Below are positions 25,788-39,029 of a DNA stretch of 64,000 bases, piece by piece. Every line of letters starts with the position of its first letter. Position 1 is the first letter of the stretch. Both the position numbers and the translations under genes were made by a program. The notes below the pieces were generated by a model, which saw nothing but the letters and a program-made list of their open reading frames with translations, was not told where the DNA came from and ran no database searches. The DNA is from Squalus acanthias (taxonomy: Eukaryota): positions 109,928,001-109,992,000 of the forward strand of contig CM059432.1 in NCBI GenBank assembly GCA_030390025.1, read 5' to 3'.

Positions 25788-26210
25788 TCCGCCAGGACCA
25801 CTCGGCTCCAGACCTCATTACAGCCCTCATTACAAACATGGACAAAAGTGCTGAATTCCAGAGGTGAGGTGAGAGTGACTGCCCTTGACATCAAAGCAGC
25901 ATTCGACCGAGTGTGACATCAAGGAGCCCTAGTAAAACTGAAATCAATGGGAATCGGGGTAAAAACTCTCCACTGGCTGGAGTCATACCTAGCACAAAGG
26001 AAGATGGTTGTGGTTGTTGGAGGCCAATCATTTCAGCCCCAAGACATTGCTGCAGGAGTTCCTCAGGGCAGCTTCCTAGGCCCAACTATATTCAGCTGCT
26101 TTATCAATGACTTTGCCTCCATCCATTCCCGCCTGCAGCAAGACCTGGACAACATCCAGGCTTGGGCTGATAAGTGACAAGTAAGCATTCGTGCCACAGG
26201 AGTGCCAAAT
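25788..26210 (+). mobile_element. CR1-like LINE family A RT fragment
   Basis: AGVPQGSFLGPTIFSCFIND and LQQDLDNIQAWADK. Confidence 0.85.
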
Positions 26211-26399
26211 TGTTGTTTCCCCCCTGCAGCTGGTCGATCAGACAGGCAGGAAAGAGACACATCCCAAGCGGTGGACTGTCAGGGAATGGAAGTGACTGTG
26301 GACTCCGACCTGCAGTATCTTAATGCATCAACTAGCGAAGTAAATCACCATCACCGCCAGCCCGCACCCCAATGATAAGCCAGCTTTGCAACAGACAAC

Positions 26400-26585
26400 A
26401 CCACCCCCATATAATCATCCAGAACACCCCTCTCCCCAGCCCCCATCCCTCCCCAGACCCCAACCCCCACCTCATCTCTCCCCAGCACCCACTCTTCCTC
26501 CTCCTTCTCCTCTCCCTTCCCTCCTCTTCACATCCCTTTTTCTCCCTCTCCTCCTTCTCCCCCCTCTCCCTGTCCTGTCTCCTAT
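26400..26585. repeat. Low-complexity C-rich / polypyrimidine tract
   Basis: Runs of CCCC, CTCC and TCTC directly visible. Confidence 0.8.
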
Positions 26586-27475
26586 GATTTGCCCCAGAGA
26601 AGTGATGCCATTGCTCTTGGCAAGCAAAACCTGGCACACCTGGAACCTCTGTTATTTGAGAATGAATTTTCTTAAAGGTGGTGCACAGAGAGCAATCTGC
26701 TGAAACGGAAACAACTGCGTGTTTTATCCATTTCATCCAAATTTAGTGACCAGGCTTAGTGTCATGGTTTGCCCCGAGAGAGCTAGGTTATACCGATGTG
26801 CCCTAAACTTTCTCACATCCCGCCTGCTGTTCATTCTTCTGTAACGTATACTGTGTACCTGGTTTGTTATTAAATAAGCTGAAGAAAGTGAAAAAGGGGA
26901 ACTTGCTGGTGGTCTGATGTGGTAATTCATAACAGGGTTTTTCCAGTAGCCCTGTACCATGGTTTAATGATATTGTATTTCAAATTTTAAGACAAAAGTC
27001 CATCATATCATGGTTATAAAGAACGCATTTACAATTTCACTATATGTACTTTGCAAAAATAAAGTAAGTACATTTCCTAACAATCTTCGCACGTATTCAT
27101 AGCTGAAAGGCAGTTTCTGTCAACAGATGTGCGCCTCCTTTGATCTGAAACTTGCATCCTTATGTGGTGTGAATGGGTGAGCATACCAGAGGATGACCAA
27201 TTCCTCTTTTATCTCAATTTTAAGCATCAGAGATCCACATGGATTGCCCACCATGCTCTCCTGTCCACTCTGAAAGGCAGAAAGTGCCACAATGGCAGAC
27301 TGTATTGGTCAGGCTAAAACTAGTGGTAGAATTTATTTATACGGATTATAATTACACAGAAGAAAAAGAATGTAGCAAATAAGCAATTTACACAATACTT
27401 TAAACTGCCCCTAAAACAATATAGCATGCAAAGTCTTAGGGGTAACACTCCTTTGAAGTTTTCAGCACTGATAAT

Positions 27476-27532
27476 GGGGGTGAAATTGATCTTGGTCAAT
27501 TTCCACTACCACCTAAGACAAATTTCACCCCC
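27476..27532. mobile_element. 57-bp mini-MITE
   Basis: 12-bp TIR GGGGGTGAAATT / AATTTCACCCCC with AAT on both sides (27473-27475, 27533-27535). Confidence 0.75.
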
Positions 27533-28343
27533 AATCAGTTCCATCTTCTCCCACATTTACAAATTTGCACACATAATTTCAAAGGCTGGTGGTCAGAGCC
27601 AAGCGTACTTTATCTTATCATTTTATGATCAGACAGCCCCACCAAAAAAGATGGGCTATCTCCCCTTGAAACTAATAGCTGCCTAAATATATTATTTGTA
27701 TATTTTCTTTCTACCCCCACCCAGGCAAAGAATGCAGCTAACTGAGATCACATTTTTTTAAAAATCACAACACTTTGATTGATCTAAAGTTTCATATGAA
27801 AAAAATATAATACAGAAACTTTGCATGATGGAACTCTGCTTCCATCTTAAAGCTGTGTAGGTTCCTACAGTAAGGCAATCAGCCGGCTTCTCTCTGTACA
27901 GGACAGTAGAGAGACCGACTGACTGAATGTATTTATCTCTTTACTGTAGCTCTGTTTGGAGGATATTGTGAGAAAACCCATCTAAAGCTAGGCAGACCAG
28001 TGGAGTTGATGAGAATGGCGCAAAAAACCCAACATTAAAAATTCATCCTATGGGACATTATAGGTTTGTGACTGGGCTGTCAGTCCTCTACTAGATTATA
28101 ACCGGAGCAGCAGCACAAGAGTTGTTCACAGAATTCAACAAATTCCATATTTATGCCAGATCACAAAGCTGCTCCAGCTCTACCTCAGAATTAAGCCTCA
28201 GTCCAAAACTTGGTACAGAGTACCAGAGGTACTCACAGAGCTTCACATAATTCTTTTCCTGTTTGCAGAATTATGTCTTGGACAGTGTTATCATGTGGCA
28301 ACCCAGTCAGAACATTCTGTTTCTATGGCTGTAATTTTATAAA

Positions 28344-28762
28344 AGTCAGCCTTGGCTCAGTGGTACCATGAGTCAGAAGGTTGTGGGTTCATGTCCCACT
28401 CCAGAGACTTGAGAACATGATCTAGGCTGGCACTTCAGTGCAGTACTGAGGGTGTGCTGCATTGTTGGAGGTGCCGTCTTTCAGATGAACCATTACACTG
28501 AGGCCGTGTCTGCCCTTTCAGGTGGACGTAAAAGATCCCACAGCACTATTTGAAGAAGAGCAAGGAAATTCTGCTCAGCATACTGGCCAATATTTATCCC
28601 TCAATCAACATTGCTAAAACAGATTACCTGGTCATTATCTTATTGTTTTGGGACCTTGCTGTGTGCAAATTGGCTGCTGTATTTCCTACATTACAACAGT
28701 GACTACACTTCATTAGCAGTAAAGCACTTTGGGACAGGTGCTATATAAATAAATACAAGTCC
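28344..28762 (+). mobile_element. tRNA-derived Deu-domain SINE (SacSINE1-like) with L2-type tail
   Basis: A box TGGCTCAGTGG, B-box-like GGTTCATGTCC, Deu core GTGCTGCATTGTTGGAGGTGCCGTCTTTCAGATG...GGTGGACGTAAAAGATCCC, tail GGTGCTATATAAAT. Confidence 0.85.
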
Positions 28763-30711
28763 TTTCCTAAAGTATTTTTATATCAACATAAAATAGAGTT
28801 CACAGGCAAAGACAGATAGCCCATTTGCAAAATTTAAAACTACTTTCAAAATTTAAAGCAGCATTTTTGAAATCCCTAATTTAACAGGACTCAAGTATTT
28901 ACTGGAAAATTTACATGTGGTAGGAGCGTATGAAAAAGGTCCAGTAATTTGAATTCACAGGTGTGTTGTTCTGAAATGTTCTTTATCAAGTTAATCTTAA
29001 AGAATATTGCGCTGAATAGTCACACAACCCTAAATGATATGAAGTGTAGGGGGAATTCCAATTTTTCTCCCACATAGGTGCACACCACACATAAAGATTA
29101 ATTTGTAGAGCCCTCAGATTGCTTACACTAACAGATCCTGGTGTTCTGATTTAAGATTTATCCACCAGGAGTCCCCTGTGGACATCCCCCTCTCAAACAG
29201 ATATACCACTTTGAATACTGTTGGGGGGGATGGCTTATCAGAGGAAGGCAGCAGCAGCCAACTTCCTGGCACCAGGGGTGGCTCTGCTGCACAGGACGGA
29301 GGAAAAAGAGGGGTAGAGCTATAGTGATAGGGGATTCTATTGTAAGGGGAATAGATAGGCGTTTCTGCGGCCGCAAATGAGACTCCAGGATGGTGTGTTG
29401 CCTCCCTGGTGCAAGGGTCAAGGATGTCTCAGAGCGGCTGCAGAACATTTTGGAAGGGGAGGGTGAACAGCCAGTTGCCGTGGTGCATATAGGTACCAAC
29501 GATATAGGAAAAAAGGGGATGAGGTCCTAAAAGCTGAATATAGGGAGTTAGGAGGTAAATTAAAAAATAGGACCTCAAAGGTAGTAATCTCAGGATTGCT
29601 ACCAGTGCCACGTGCTAGTCAGAGTAGAAATAGAAGGATATTTCAGATGAATACGTGGCTAGAGGAATGGTGCAAGGGGGAGGGATTCAAATTCCTGGGA
29701 CATTGGAACCGGTTCTGGGGGAGGTGGGACCAGTACAAACCGGACGGTTTGCACCTGGGCAGGGCCAGGACCGATGTCCGAGGGGGAGTGTTTGCTAGTG
29801 CTCTGGGGGAGGGTTTAAACTAAAATGGCAGGTGGTTGGGAACCTGAGCAGGGAAACAGAGGAAAGGGAAACAAGGATAAAAGCAAAAGATAGGAAGGAG
29901 AAAAACAAAAGTGGCAGTCAGAGAAATCAACGGTTTAAATCAAACATGGCCACAGTAAATAATAATTCTAATAGGTCTAAGAGCGTTAAAAAAACAAGCC
30001 TGAAGGCTTTGTGTCTTAATGCGAGGAGCATTCGGAATAAGGTGGATGAATTAGCTGCGCAAATAGAGGTAAACGAATATGATTTGATTGGGATTACGGA
30101 AACATGGCTCCAGGGTGGCCGAGGCTGGGAACTCAACATCCAGGGGTATTCAATATTCAGGAAAGATAGGCAAAAAGGAAAGGGAGGTGGGGTAGCATTG
30201 CTGGTTAAATAGGTGAATAACACAATTATAAGGAAGGATATTAGCTCTGATGATGTGGAATCTGTATGGGTAGAACTGAGAAATACCAAGGGGCAGAAAA
30301 CGTTAGTGGGAGTGGTATATAGACCTCCAAACAGTAATGCGGAGGTTGGGGGTGTCATTAAAAGGGAAATTAGAGAAGCGTGCAATAAGGGCACAGCAGT
30401 CATCATGGGTGACTTTAATCTACATATAGATTGGGCTAACCAAATTAGTAACAATACTGTGGAGGAGGAATTCCTGGAGTGTTTACGGGATGGTTTCCTG
30501 GACCAATATGTCGAGGAACCAACCAGAGATCAGTACCATTTTAGACTGGGTATTATGTAATGAGAAAGGATTAATTAGCAATCTTGTTGTACGAGGCCCC
30601 TTGGGTCAGAGCGATCATAATATGATAGAATTCTTCATTAAGATGGAGAGTGAAGCAGTGGACTCAGAAGTTGCGCAACACCAGGTTATAGTCCAACAGC
30701 TTTATTTGAAA

Positions 30712-30749
30712 TCACAAGCTTTCGGAGCGCTGCTCCTTCGTCAGGTGAA
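30712..30749 (-). ncRNA. Minimal type I hammerhead ribozyme motif (inverted copy)
   Basis: Minus strand UCAC-CUGACGA-A-GGAGC(AGC)GCUCC-GAA-AGCU-U-GUGA; helix I fully Watson-Crick. Confidence 0.72.
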
Positions 30750-30752
30750 GAC

Positions 30753-30790
30753 TTCGCCTGACGAAGGAGCAGCGCTCCGAAAGCTTGTGA
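30753..30790 (+). ncRNA. Minimal type I hammerhead ribozyme motif
   Basis: UCGC-CUGACGA-A-GGAGC(AGC)GCUCC-GAA-AGCU-U-GUGA: core CUGANGA and GAAA, 5-bp helix II, palindromic AGCU helix III, helix I UCGC/GUGA. Confidence 0.7.
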
Positions 30791-31648
30791 TTTCAAATAA
30801 AGCTGTTGGACTATAACCTGGTGTTGTGCGACTTCTCACATTTGTCCACCCCAGTGCAACACCGGCATCTCCACATCATTGTTGACTCAGAGACTAGGGT
30901 CCTGAATTTAAATAAAGGAAACTACGATGGTATGAGGCGCGAATTGGGTAGGATTGATTGGGGAATGTCACTGAAAGGGTTGACGGTGGATAGGCAATGG
31001 AAAACATTCAAAGACCGCATGGATGAACTACAGAATTTGTTCATCCCAGTTTGGCATAAGAATAAAACAAAAAAGGTGACTCAACCGTGGCTAACAAGGG
31101 AAATTAGGGATAGCATAAGATCCAAGGAGAGGCCATATAAATTGGCCAGAAAAAGCAGTAAACCTGAGGATTGAGAGCAGTTCAGGATTCAACAAAGGAG
31201 GACAAAGGGATTAATTAAGAAGGGGAAAATAGAATATGAGAGGAAGCTTGCAAGGAACATAAAAACTGACTGTAAAAGCTTTTATAGATATGTGAAGAGA
31301 AAAAGATTGGTGAAGTCAAGCGTAGGTCCCTTGCAGTCAGAATCAGGGGAACCTATAATGGGGAACAAAGAAATGGCAGACCAATTAAATACATATTTTG
31401 GTTCTGTCTTCACAAAGGAGGACACAAATAACCTCCCAGAGATGTCGGGGAACATAGGGTCTGATGAAAGGGAGGAACTGAAAGAAATCAGTATTTGTAG
31501 GGAAATGGTGTTAGGGAAATTGATGGGCCTGATAATCTACATCCTAGGGTACTTAATGAAGTGGCCCTAAAAATAGTAGATGCATTGCTGATCATCTTCC
31601 AACATTCAATGGAATCTGGAACAATACCCATGGATTGGAGGGTAGCTA

Positions 31649-32890
31649 ATGTTACCCCACTATTCAAAAAAGGTGGTAGAGAGAAAACGGGGAATTACAA
31701 AAGGTAAATCATGCTTGACTAATCTACTGGAAGTTTTTGAGGATGTAACTGGTAAAATAGATAAGGGAGAACCAGTGGATGTGGTGTATTTGGACTTTCA
31801 AAAGGCTTTCGATAAGGTCCCGCATAAGAGATTAGCGTGTAAAGTGAAGGCACATGGGATTGGGGGCAAGGTATTGACTTGGATAGAGAACTGGTTGGCA
31901 GACAGAAAGCAAAGAGTTGGAATAAACGGGTCTTTTTCCGAGTGGCAGGCACTGACTAGTGGGGTACCGCAGGGATCAGTCCTTGGACCCCAGCTATTCA
32001 CATTATATATTAATGATTTAGACAAGGGAACTAGATGTAATATCTCCAAGTTTGCAGACGACACAAAGCTGGGTGGGCGTGTGTGCTGTGAGGAGGATGC
32101 CGAGAAACTCCAGGATGATTTGGACAGGTTGGGTGATTGGGCAGAAGCATGGCAGATGCAATATAACATGGATAAATGCGAGGTTATCCACTTTGGTATC
32201 AAAAACAGGAAGGCAGATTATTATCTGAATGGCAATAGATTGGGAGAAGCGGAAGTGCAACGAGACCTGGGTGTCCTTGTGCACCAGTCGCTGAAGGTAA
32301 GCATGCAGGTGCAGCAGGCATTTAAGAAGGCAAATGGTATGTTGGCCTTCGTAGAGAGAGGGTTTGAGTACAGGAACAAGGATGTCTTACTGCAGTTGTA
32401 CAGGGCCTTGGTGAGACCACATCTTGAGTATTGTGTGCAGTTTTGGTCACCTTATCTGAGGAAGGAGGTTCTTGCCATGGAAGGAGTTCAGCGAAGATTC
32501 ACCAGGCTGTTACCTGGGATGGCAGGAATGACGTATGAGGAGAGGTTGGGTCGATTAAGCTTATACTCGCTGGAGTTTAGAAGAATGAGAGGGGATCTCA
32601 TTGAAACTTATAAAATTCTGACAGGACTGGGCAGACTAGATGCAGGAAGGATGTTCCCGATGGTCGGGGAGTCCAGAACCAGGGATCACAGTCTGAGGAT
32701 AAGGGGTAAGCCATTTAGGACAGAAATGAGGAGGAATTTCTTCACCCAGAGGGTGGTGAACCTGTGGAATTCTCTACCACAGAAGGCAGTAGAGGCCAAT
32801 TCATTAAATATATTCAAGAAGGAGTTGGATATATTTCTTAAGGCTAAAGGGAACAAGGGATATGGGGAGAAAGCAGGGACAGGGTTCTGA
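31649..32890 (+). pseudogene. CR1 ORF2 reverse transcriptase, longest open fragment (413 aa)
   Basis: RT motifs YLDFQKAFD, GVPQGSVLGP, FADD; upstream ORF2 broken by stops and deletions. Confidence 0.9.
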
Positions 32891-33614
32891 ATTTGGATGA
32901 TCAGCCATGATCGCATTGAATGGCGGAGCAGGCTAGAGGGGCTGAATGGCCTACTCCTGCTCCTATCTTCTATGTTTCTATGTTTCAAAGAGCCAACAGC
33001 CCTTTCCAAACATCAGACTGGAGAAACCAGAAAATAAGAAATATGGAAATAAATAGGATTAAGTTGCCAGGGCCCAGGGGCCACAGGTTGGACACCCCTG
33101 CTCCAGGCAGAGTGAGTAGGGAGCCAGAAAAAAGTGGTCAAAGAGCGTTAAAGCCATTCTACCACCAGTCCAAATCTTTGGAAAATAAATTGTGGTATGG
33201 AGCTTGAGGGGGGCACATGGTTCCTCTTTCTTGAATGGGGTGTAAGTCAGTGTTGTCCAATATATTAGCCCCTAGCCACAGGTGGATAATTTGGAATCCA
33301 ACTGTGGCAAATAGCATTTCTGATTAGTAAATAAAAAATGAGTTATAGGCACTCTCGTTGGGCATGTGATCGCAATACTCATATTCACATGTGCGTTTGT
33401 TCGTAAAATGGTAAGACAAAACACAAAGTGTGCGAGGTTTTTTTTGTTCGTACTTCCTTGGATACTGAATAGTGGTAGAGGTTTGTTAATATACACATGT
33501 GAAGTACATTTACCTGTATTGCGTGAGTGTCTGTAAGGCCTTTTCTACTAAAATTAGTGGCTAAAATGGTGTCGATGCATCCAAACATGTGGCTAGTCAG
33601 TGATTTCTATTGGA

Positions 33615-34440
33615 CAACGCTGGTGTAAGGAAAAAGGATGGAACCTACAGGCCAGTTAATCTTATGGGTAAACTTCTAGAACCCATAATAAGGGATGAAA
33701 CTAATGACGCATGGATGTATCAGGGGCAGTCAGCCTGGATTTGCAAAGAGCAGGTCATATTTGACTAATTCATTTTCTTAAAAATTCAATTAAGAGAAGT
33801 TGAATATGTGGAATTTCAGAAGCCATGTTATTGGGAGGTTGTGGTTATCTTATCAAAGACCTTTTACAAAACAACTTGTATTTATGTGGGACAATTAATA
33901 TATTAAATGATGGATATGAAAACTTCAAGGCCGGTTTTATGCCCGGTTGACGAGTTGAAAATCTACCCCATTGTATCTCGCAAGGCGTAGTATCAGAGTG
34001 AGAGGGAAGCTGTTAAGTGGAGTACTCCAAAGGGTGGTGCTTGGGCCTCCTAATATTTACATAAATTCCCCAGGTGTAGATGTCATGGAGATTTACAAAA
34101 CTGTGAGCTGGGAGTGGGTTTTGTAAAATTGCCCCTCAACTGTAAACTTGTTAAATTTATGGAGAGCATGGCATGGAAGGATTATGTGGTTAGCGATTCA
34201 AAGAATCATTTACATCAGTTATGTATTTGGGCAGACAAATGTAAAATGCTGATAAATGTAAAATATTGCATATTGGTTGAAAAAAATAGTGATGTAGGTG
34301 TACTAGGAAGGGAAGTGAATTGGCACAGTGAAACCTGAAAAGAGACCTGAAAGTGTCTCAGACCTTTCAATGTAGCGAGAATGTGAAAAAGCAATTAAAA
34401 AAACACATATAGAATGTTGGGTCATTTTGTAAGGCTCCAT
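33615..34440 (+). mobile_element. Highly decayed CR1 RT relic
   Basis: Residual ACAGGCCAGTTAATCT, CAGTCAGCCTGGATTT and WADKCKM-like segments collinear with CR1 RT. Confidence 0.45.
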
Positions 34441-34463
34441 TTTCAGTGCAGAGTCTCATTAGT

Positions 34464-37073
34464 CATAGAGTCATAGATTTATACAGCACAGAAAGAGGCC
34501 CTTTGGTCCATCGTGTCCGCGCCGGCCATCAAGCCCTGTCTATTTTAATCCCATTTTCCAGCACTTGGTCCGTAGCCTTGTATGCTATGGCGTTTCAAGT
34601 GCTCATCTTAATGCTTCTTGAATGTTGTGAGGATTCCTGCCTCTACCACCCTTTCAGGCAGTGAGTTCCAGATTCCAACCACCCTCTGGGTGAAAAAGTT
34701 TTTCCTCAAATCCCCTCTAAACCTCCTGCCCCTTACCTTGAAACTATGACCCCTGGTTATTGACCCCTCTACTAAGGGGAAAAGTTCCTTTCTATCTACC
34801 CTATCTATGCCCCTCATAATTTTGTACACCTCAATCAGGTCCCCCTCAGCTTTCTCTGCTCTAAGGAAAACAACCCCAGCCTGTCCAGTCTCTCTTCATA
34901 GCTGAAGTGCTGCAGCCCAGGTAACATCCTGGTGAATCTCCTCTGCACCCTCTCCAATGCAATCACATCCTTCCAATAGTGTGGTGACCAGAACTGCACA
35001 CAGTATTCCAGCTGTGGCCTAACTAGCGTTTTGTACAGCTCCATCATAACCTCCCTGCTCTTATATTCTATGCCTCGGCTAATGAAGGCAAGTATACCAT
35101 ATGCCTTTTTAACCACCTTATCTACCTGTCCTGCTGCCTTCAGGGATCTATGTACATGCACACCAAGGTCCCTCTGATCCTCTGTCCTTCCTAGGTTCCT
35201 ACCATTCATTGTGTATTCCCTTGCCTCGTTAGTCCTCCCAAAATGGATCACCTCACACTTTTCAGGGTTAAATTCCATTTGCCACTGTTCTGCCCATCTG
35301 ACCAACCTGTCTATATCGTCCTGTAGCCTGAGGCTTTCCTCCTCGCTATTTACCACCCCACCAATTATCGTGTCATCTGCAAACTTACTGATCATACCTC
35401 CTACAAACTTACTGATCATACCTCCTACACTACAAACAGCAAAGGACCCAGCACCGATCCCTGCAGTACACCACTGGACACAGGCTTCCAGTCACAAAAA
35501 CAACCTTCGACCATCACCCTCTGCCTCCTGCCACTAAGCCAATTTTGGATCCAATGTGCCAAGTTGCCCTGGATCCCATGGGCTTTTACCTTCTTGACCA
35601 GTCTCCCATGCGGGACTTTGTCAAAAGCCTTACTGAAGTCCATATAGACCACATCAACTGCACTACCCTCATCCACACACCTAGTCACCCCCTCGAAAAA
35701 TTCAATCAAATTGGTCAGACATGATCTCCCCCTGACAAAGCCATGCTGACTATCCTTGATTAATCCTTGCCTCTCCAAGTGGAGACTAATTCTGTCCCTC
35801 AGAATTTTTTCCAATAATTTCCCTACCACTGATGTTAGCCTCACTGACCTGTAATTCCCTGGTTTATCCCTACTACCCTCTTGAATAATGGTACTACGTT
35901 AGCTGTTCTCCAGTCCTCTGGCACCTCCCCTGTGGCCAGAGAGGTTCTGAAAATTTGTGTCAGAGCCCCTGCAATCTCCTCCCTTGCCTCACACAGCAGT
36001 CTGGGATACATCTTGTCTGGGCCTGGGGATTTATCCACTTTTAAGCCTGCTAAAACCGCTAGAACCTCCTCCCTCTCAATACTAATTTGTTCAAGTATAT
36101 CACAATCCCCCTGCCTGATTTCTATGCCTACATCGTCCTTCTCCATAGTGAACACAGATGCAAAATATTAATTTAAAACCCCACCTACATCTTCTGGCTC
36201 TGCACACAGATTGCCACTTTGGTCCCTAATGGGCCCTACTCTTTCCCTGGTTATCCTCTTGCCCTTAATATACTTATAAAATACCGTGGGATTTTACTTT
36301 ATTTTGCCCGCCAGTGTTATTTCATGCCCCCTCTTCGCTCTCCTAATTTCTTTTTTAAGTACCCCACTGCACTTTCTATACTCCTCTCGGGATTCCACTG
36401 TTTTTAGTCCTTTGTATCTGCCAAAAGCCTCCCTTTTTTTCCTAATCCATTCTCGTATATCCCTTGACATCCAGGGTTCCCTGGACTTGTTGGTCCCACC
36501 CCTGACCTTTACGGGACCATGTTGCCGTTGTTCTCTCCCTATTTCCTTTCTGAAAGACTCCCACTGCTCTGATGTGGATTTTCCTACAAGTAGCTGATCC
36601 CAGTCCATTTTGGCCAGATCCTGCCTTATCATATTAAAATCAGCCTTCCCCCAATTTAGAACCTTTATCTCCGGTCCATCTTTGTCCTTTTCCATGACTA
36701 CCTTAAATCTCACCGAATTATGGTCACTGTCACCAAAATGCTCTGCTACTGACACTTCTACCACTTGCCCAGCTACATTCCCTAGAATTGGGTCCAGTAC
36801 TGCCCCCTCTCTTGTAGGACTTTCTACATGCTGGCTCAAAAAGCTGTCCTGGATGCACTTTAAGAATTCCACGCACTTTAAGAATTCCGCACCCTCTAAG
36901 CCTTTCACACTCTGACTATCCCAGTTAATATTGGGAAAGTTGAAATCCCCTACTATTATTACCCTATTATTTCTACACTTCTCTGAGATTTGCCGACATA
37001 TCTGTTCCTCTATCTCCCCCTGACTGTTTGGAGGCCTATAGTACACTCCCAGCAAAGTGCTTGCCCCCTTTTT
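34464..37073 (-). mobile_element. CR1 LINE (distinct subfamily), 5'-truncated ORF2
   Basis: GVYYRPPNS, IVGDFNFP, GDSDH, KSPGPD, YMDFSKAFDKVPH, KFADDT; TCTATGAC terminal repeat. Confidence 0.93.
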
Positions 37074-37407
37074 GTGCCAGAATTATTCTCACCCATGTTT
37101 GTTGCTAGTGCAGCTACAGGTCAAGATTGCAGAGCCTCACAAAATGAGCCCACCACCCCCCCCCCTCACCACCCCCACCACCCCAACGTCTACAGAGATT
37201 ATGTGAGAGTTATAAATTTTTGGTCTGCCTTAGGTATTCTCCTGGGTTTTGCGGTGCTGAGCACTCCTGTAAGTGGACCCCATATCACTTATGTTCAGGC
37301 ATTTGCCCCTCCTTCCCAATATCTAGTTATGCAGGTCACTAACCTGGGGCGTGTAACAATGGAACCTCCTTGTTATCTGAACTGGATACAATGTCCTTCA
37401 CAAATAA

Positions 37408-38368
37408 ACTTCAGCTGCTTCATCAATGACCTTCCCTCCAACATAAGGTCAGAAATGGGGATGTTCGCTGATGACTGCACAGTGTTCAGCGCCATTCACA
37501 ACTCCTCAGATAATGAAGCAGTCCATGCCCGCATGCAACAAGACCTGGGCGACGTTCAGGCTTGGGCTGATAAGTGGCAGGTAACATTCGCGCCACAGAA
37601 GTGCCAGGCAAAGACTATCTCCAACAAGCGAGAGTCTAACCACCTCCCCTTGACATTCAATGGCATTACCATCGCCGAATCCACCACTATCAATATCCTG
37701 GGGGTCACCATTGACCAGAAACTTAACTGGACCAGCCACATAAATACTGTGGCAACAAGAGCAGGTCAGAGGCTAGGTATTCTGCGGCGAGTGTTTCACT
37801 TCCTGACTCCCCAAAGCCTTTCCACCATCTACAAGGCACAAGGAAAGAGTGTGATGGAATACTCTCCACTTGCCTGGATGAGTGCAGCTCCAACAACACT
37901 CAAGAAGCTCGACACAATCCAGGACAAAGCAGCCCACTTGATTGGCACCTCATCCACCACCTTAAACATTCACTCCCTCCACCACTGGCGTACCTTGGCT
38001 GTAGTGTATACCATCTACAAGATGCACTGCAGCAACTCGCCAAGGCTTCTTCGGCAGCACCTCCCAAACACGCGACCTCTTCCACCTAGAAGGACAAGGG
38101 CAGTAGGCGCATGGGAACACCACCACCTCCAAGTTCCCCTCCAAGTCACACACCATCCTGACTTAGAAGTATATCGCCGATCCTTCATCGTCGCTGGGTC
38201 AAAATCCTGGAACTCCCTCCCTAACAGCACTGTGGGAGTACCATCACCACATGGACTGCAGCGATTCAAGAAGGCGGCTCACCACCACCTTCTCAAGGGC
38301 AACTAGGGATGGGCAATAAATGTTGGCCTTGCCAGCGACGCCCAGATCCCATAAGCGAAATAAAAAAA
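37408..38368 (+). mobile_element. CR1-like LINE family A, young 5'-truncated copy
   Basis: Open RT C-terminal frame (GMFADD...HHHLLKGN); almost identical to 15640-16600; A-rich end. Confidence 0.92.
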
Positions 38369-39029
38369 CTATGTCATATCCAATCTTTTGGTAGCTGAAC
38401 TGATTCTCACTTTACTGAGATGAGACCAGATATAAATGATTAAGATACTTTATTGTACAATCAGTAAATGAATATATAGAGTAAGAGATCTAGCAAATCT
38501 TACTTATTCCTACTTAATCTCAGTCCCCCCTCATAAATAAGAAAAAATAAATAAACCATGCTTCCCTGCCCTGGTTAGCGGGCTAAATACATTTGCTTTT
38601 GGTCAGTCTCAGCGCTGAATCAGTCCAAAGCTTGCACTGGGCCTGGTCAACTTATTTCTTCAATTAAACTGCCTGGGCCTCTCAGCAGACCTTACCAACT
38701 GACCTTGCTGGCCTTTGTTCTCTTGTTCTCTGTATCTACAGGTGGAGAGGGGGAGAGGGTTTGATTTCTTGCCCCTTGTTTGTCTGAGGATTGGTCAGTC
38801 GGGCTGCCAATTGAGCAGGCAATCACCCTTCCAAGAGTAGATTTTAACTGGACAGCCCATGCTGTGTTTGCAAGAAAAACAGCATCTTATGTGAATAGCC
38901 CATTGTCCCAGCTTGGTATGGATAACAGTTTCAATGGCTATCTCATTAACATACTAATTCCCCCCCCTACCCCCGTCCCCCCACATCTCTATATTAAAAA
39001 CAGTTGGGAGGAGGCTGTATCTTTATGAT

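Larger units (their letters stand above)
30666..30880. mobile_element. Penelope-derived palindromic mini-element inserted in CR1 ORF2
   Basis: 171-bp palindrome 30666-30836 centred at 30751 plus a tail; flanked by GTGGACTCAGA (30658-30668) / GTTGACTCAGA (30881-30891). Confidence 0.9.
29165..32985 (+). mobile_element. CR1 LINE (family B), 5'-truncated in ORF1: SGNH esterase ORF1 plus APE-RT ORF2, disrupted
   Basis: DGLHL (ORF1); CLNARSIRNK, GITETWL, IMGDFN (APE); YLDFQKAFDKVPH, GVPQGS, KFADDTK (RT); TATGTTTC terminal repeat. Confidence 0.95.

Noticed and set aside
26332..26736. Glu/Arg-rich and Pro/Leu-rich ORFs
   Set aside because: Translation of a low-complexity pyrimidine tract
36990..38306. 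438-aa ORF that looks like a novel N-terminus fused to RT
   Set aside because: Chance read-through from antisense CR1 and unique sequence into a 5'-truncated LINE at about 37408; starts at TTG and has no support as a gene
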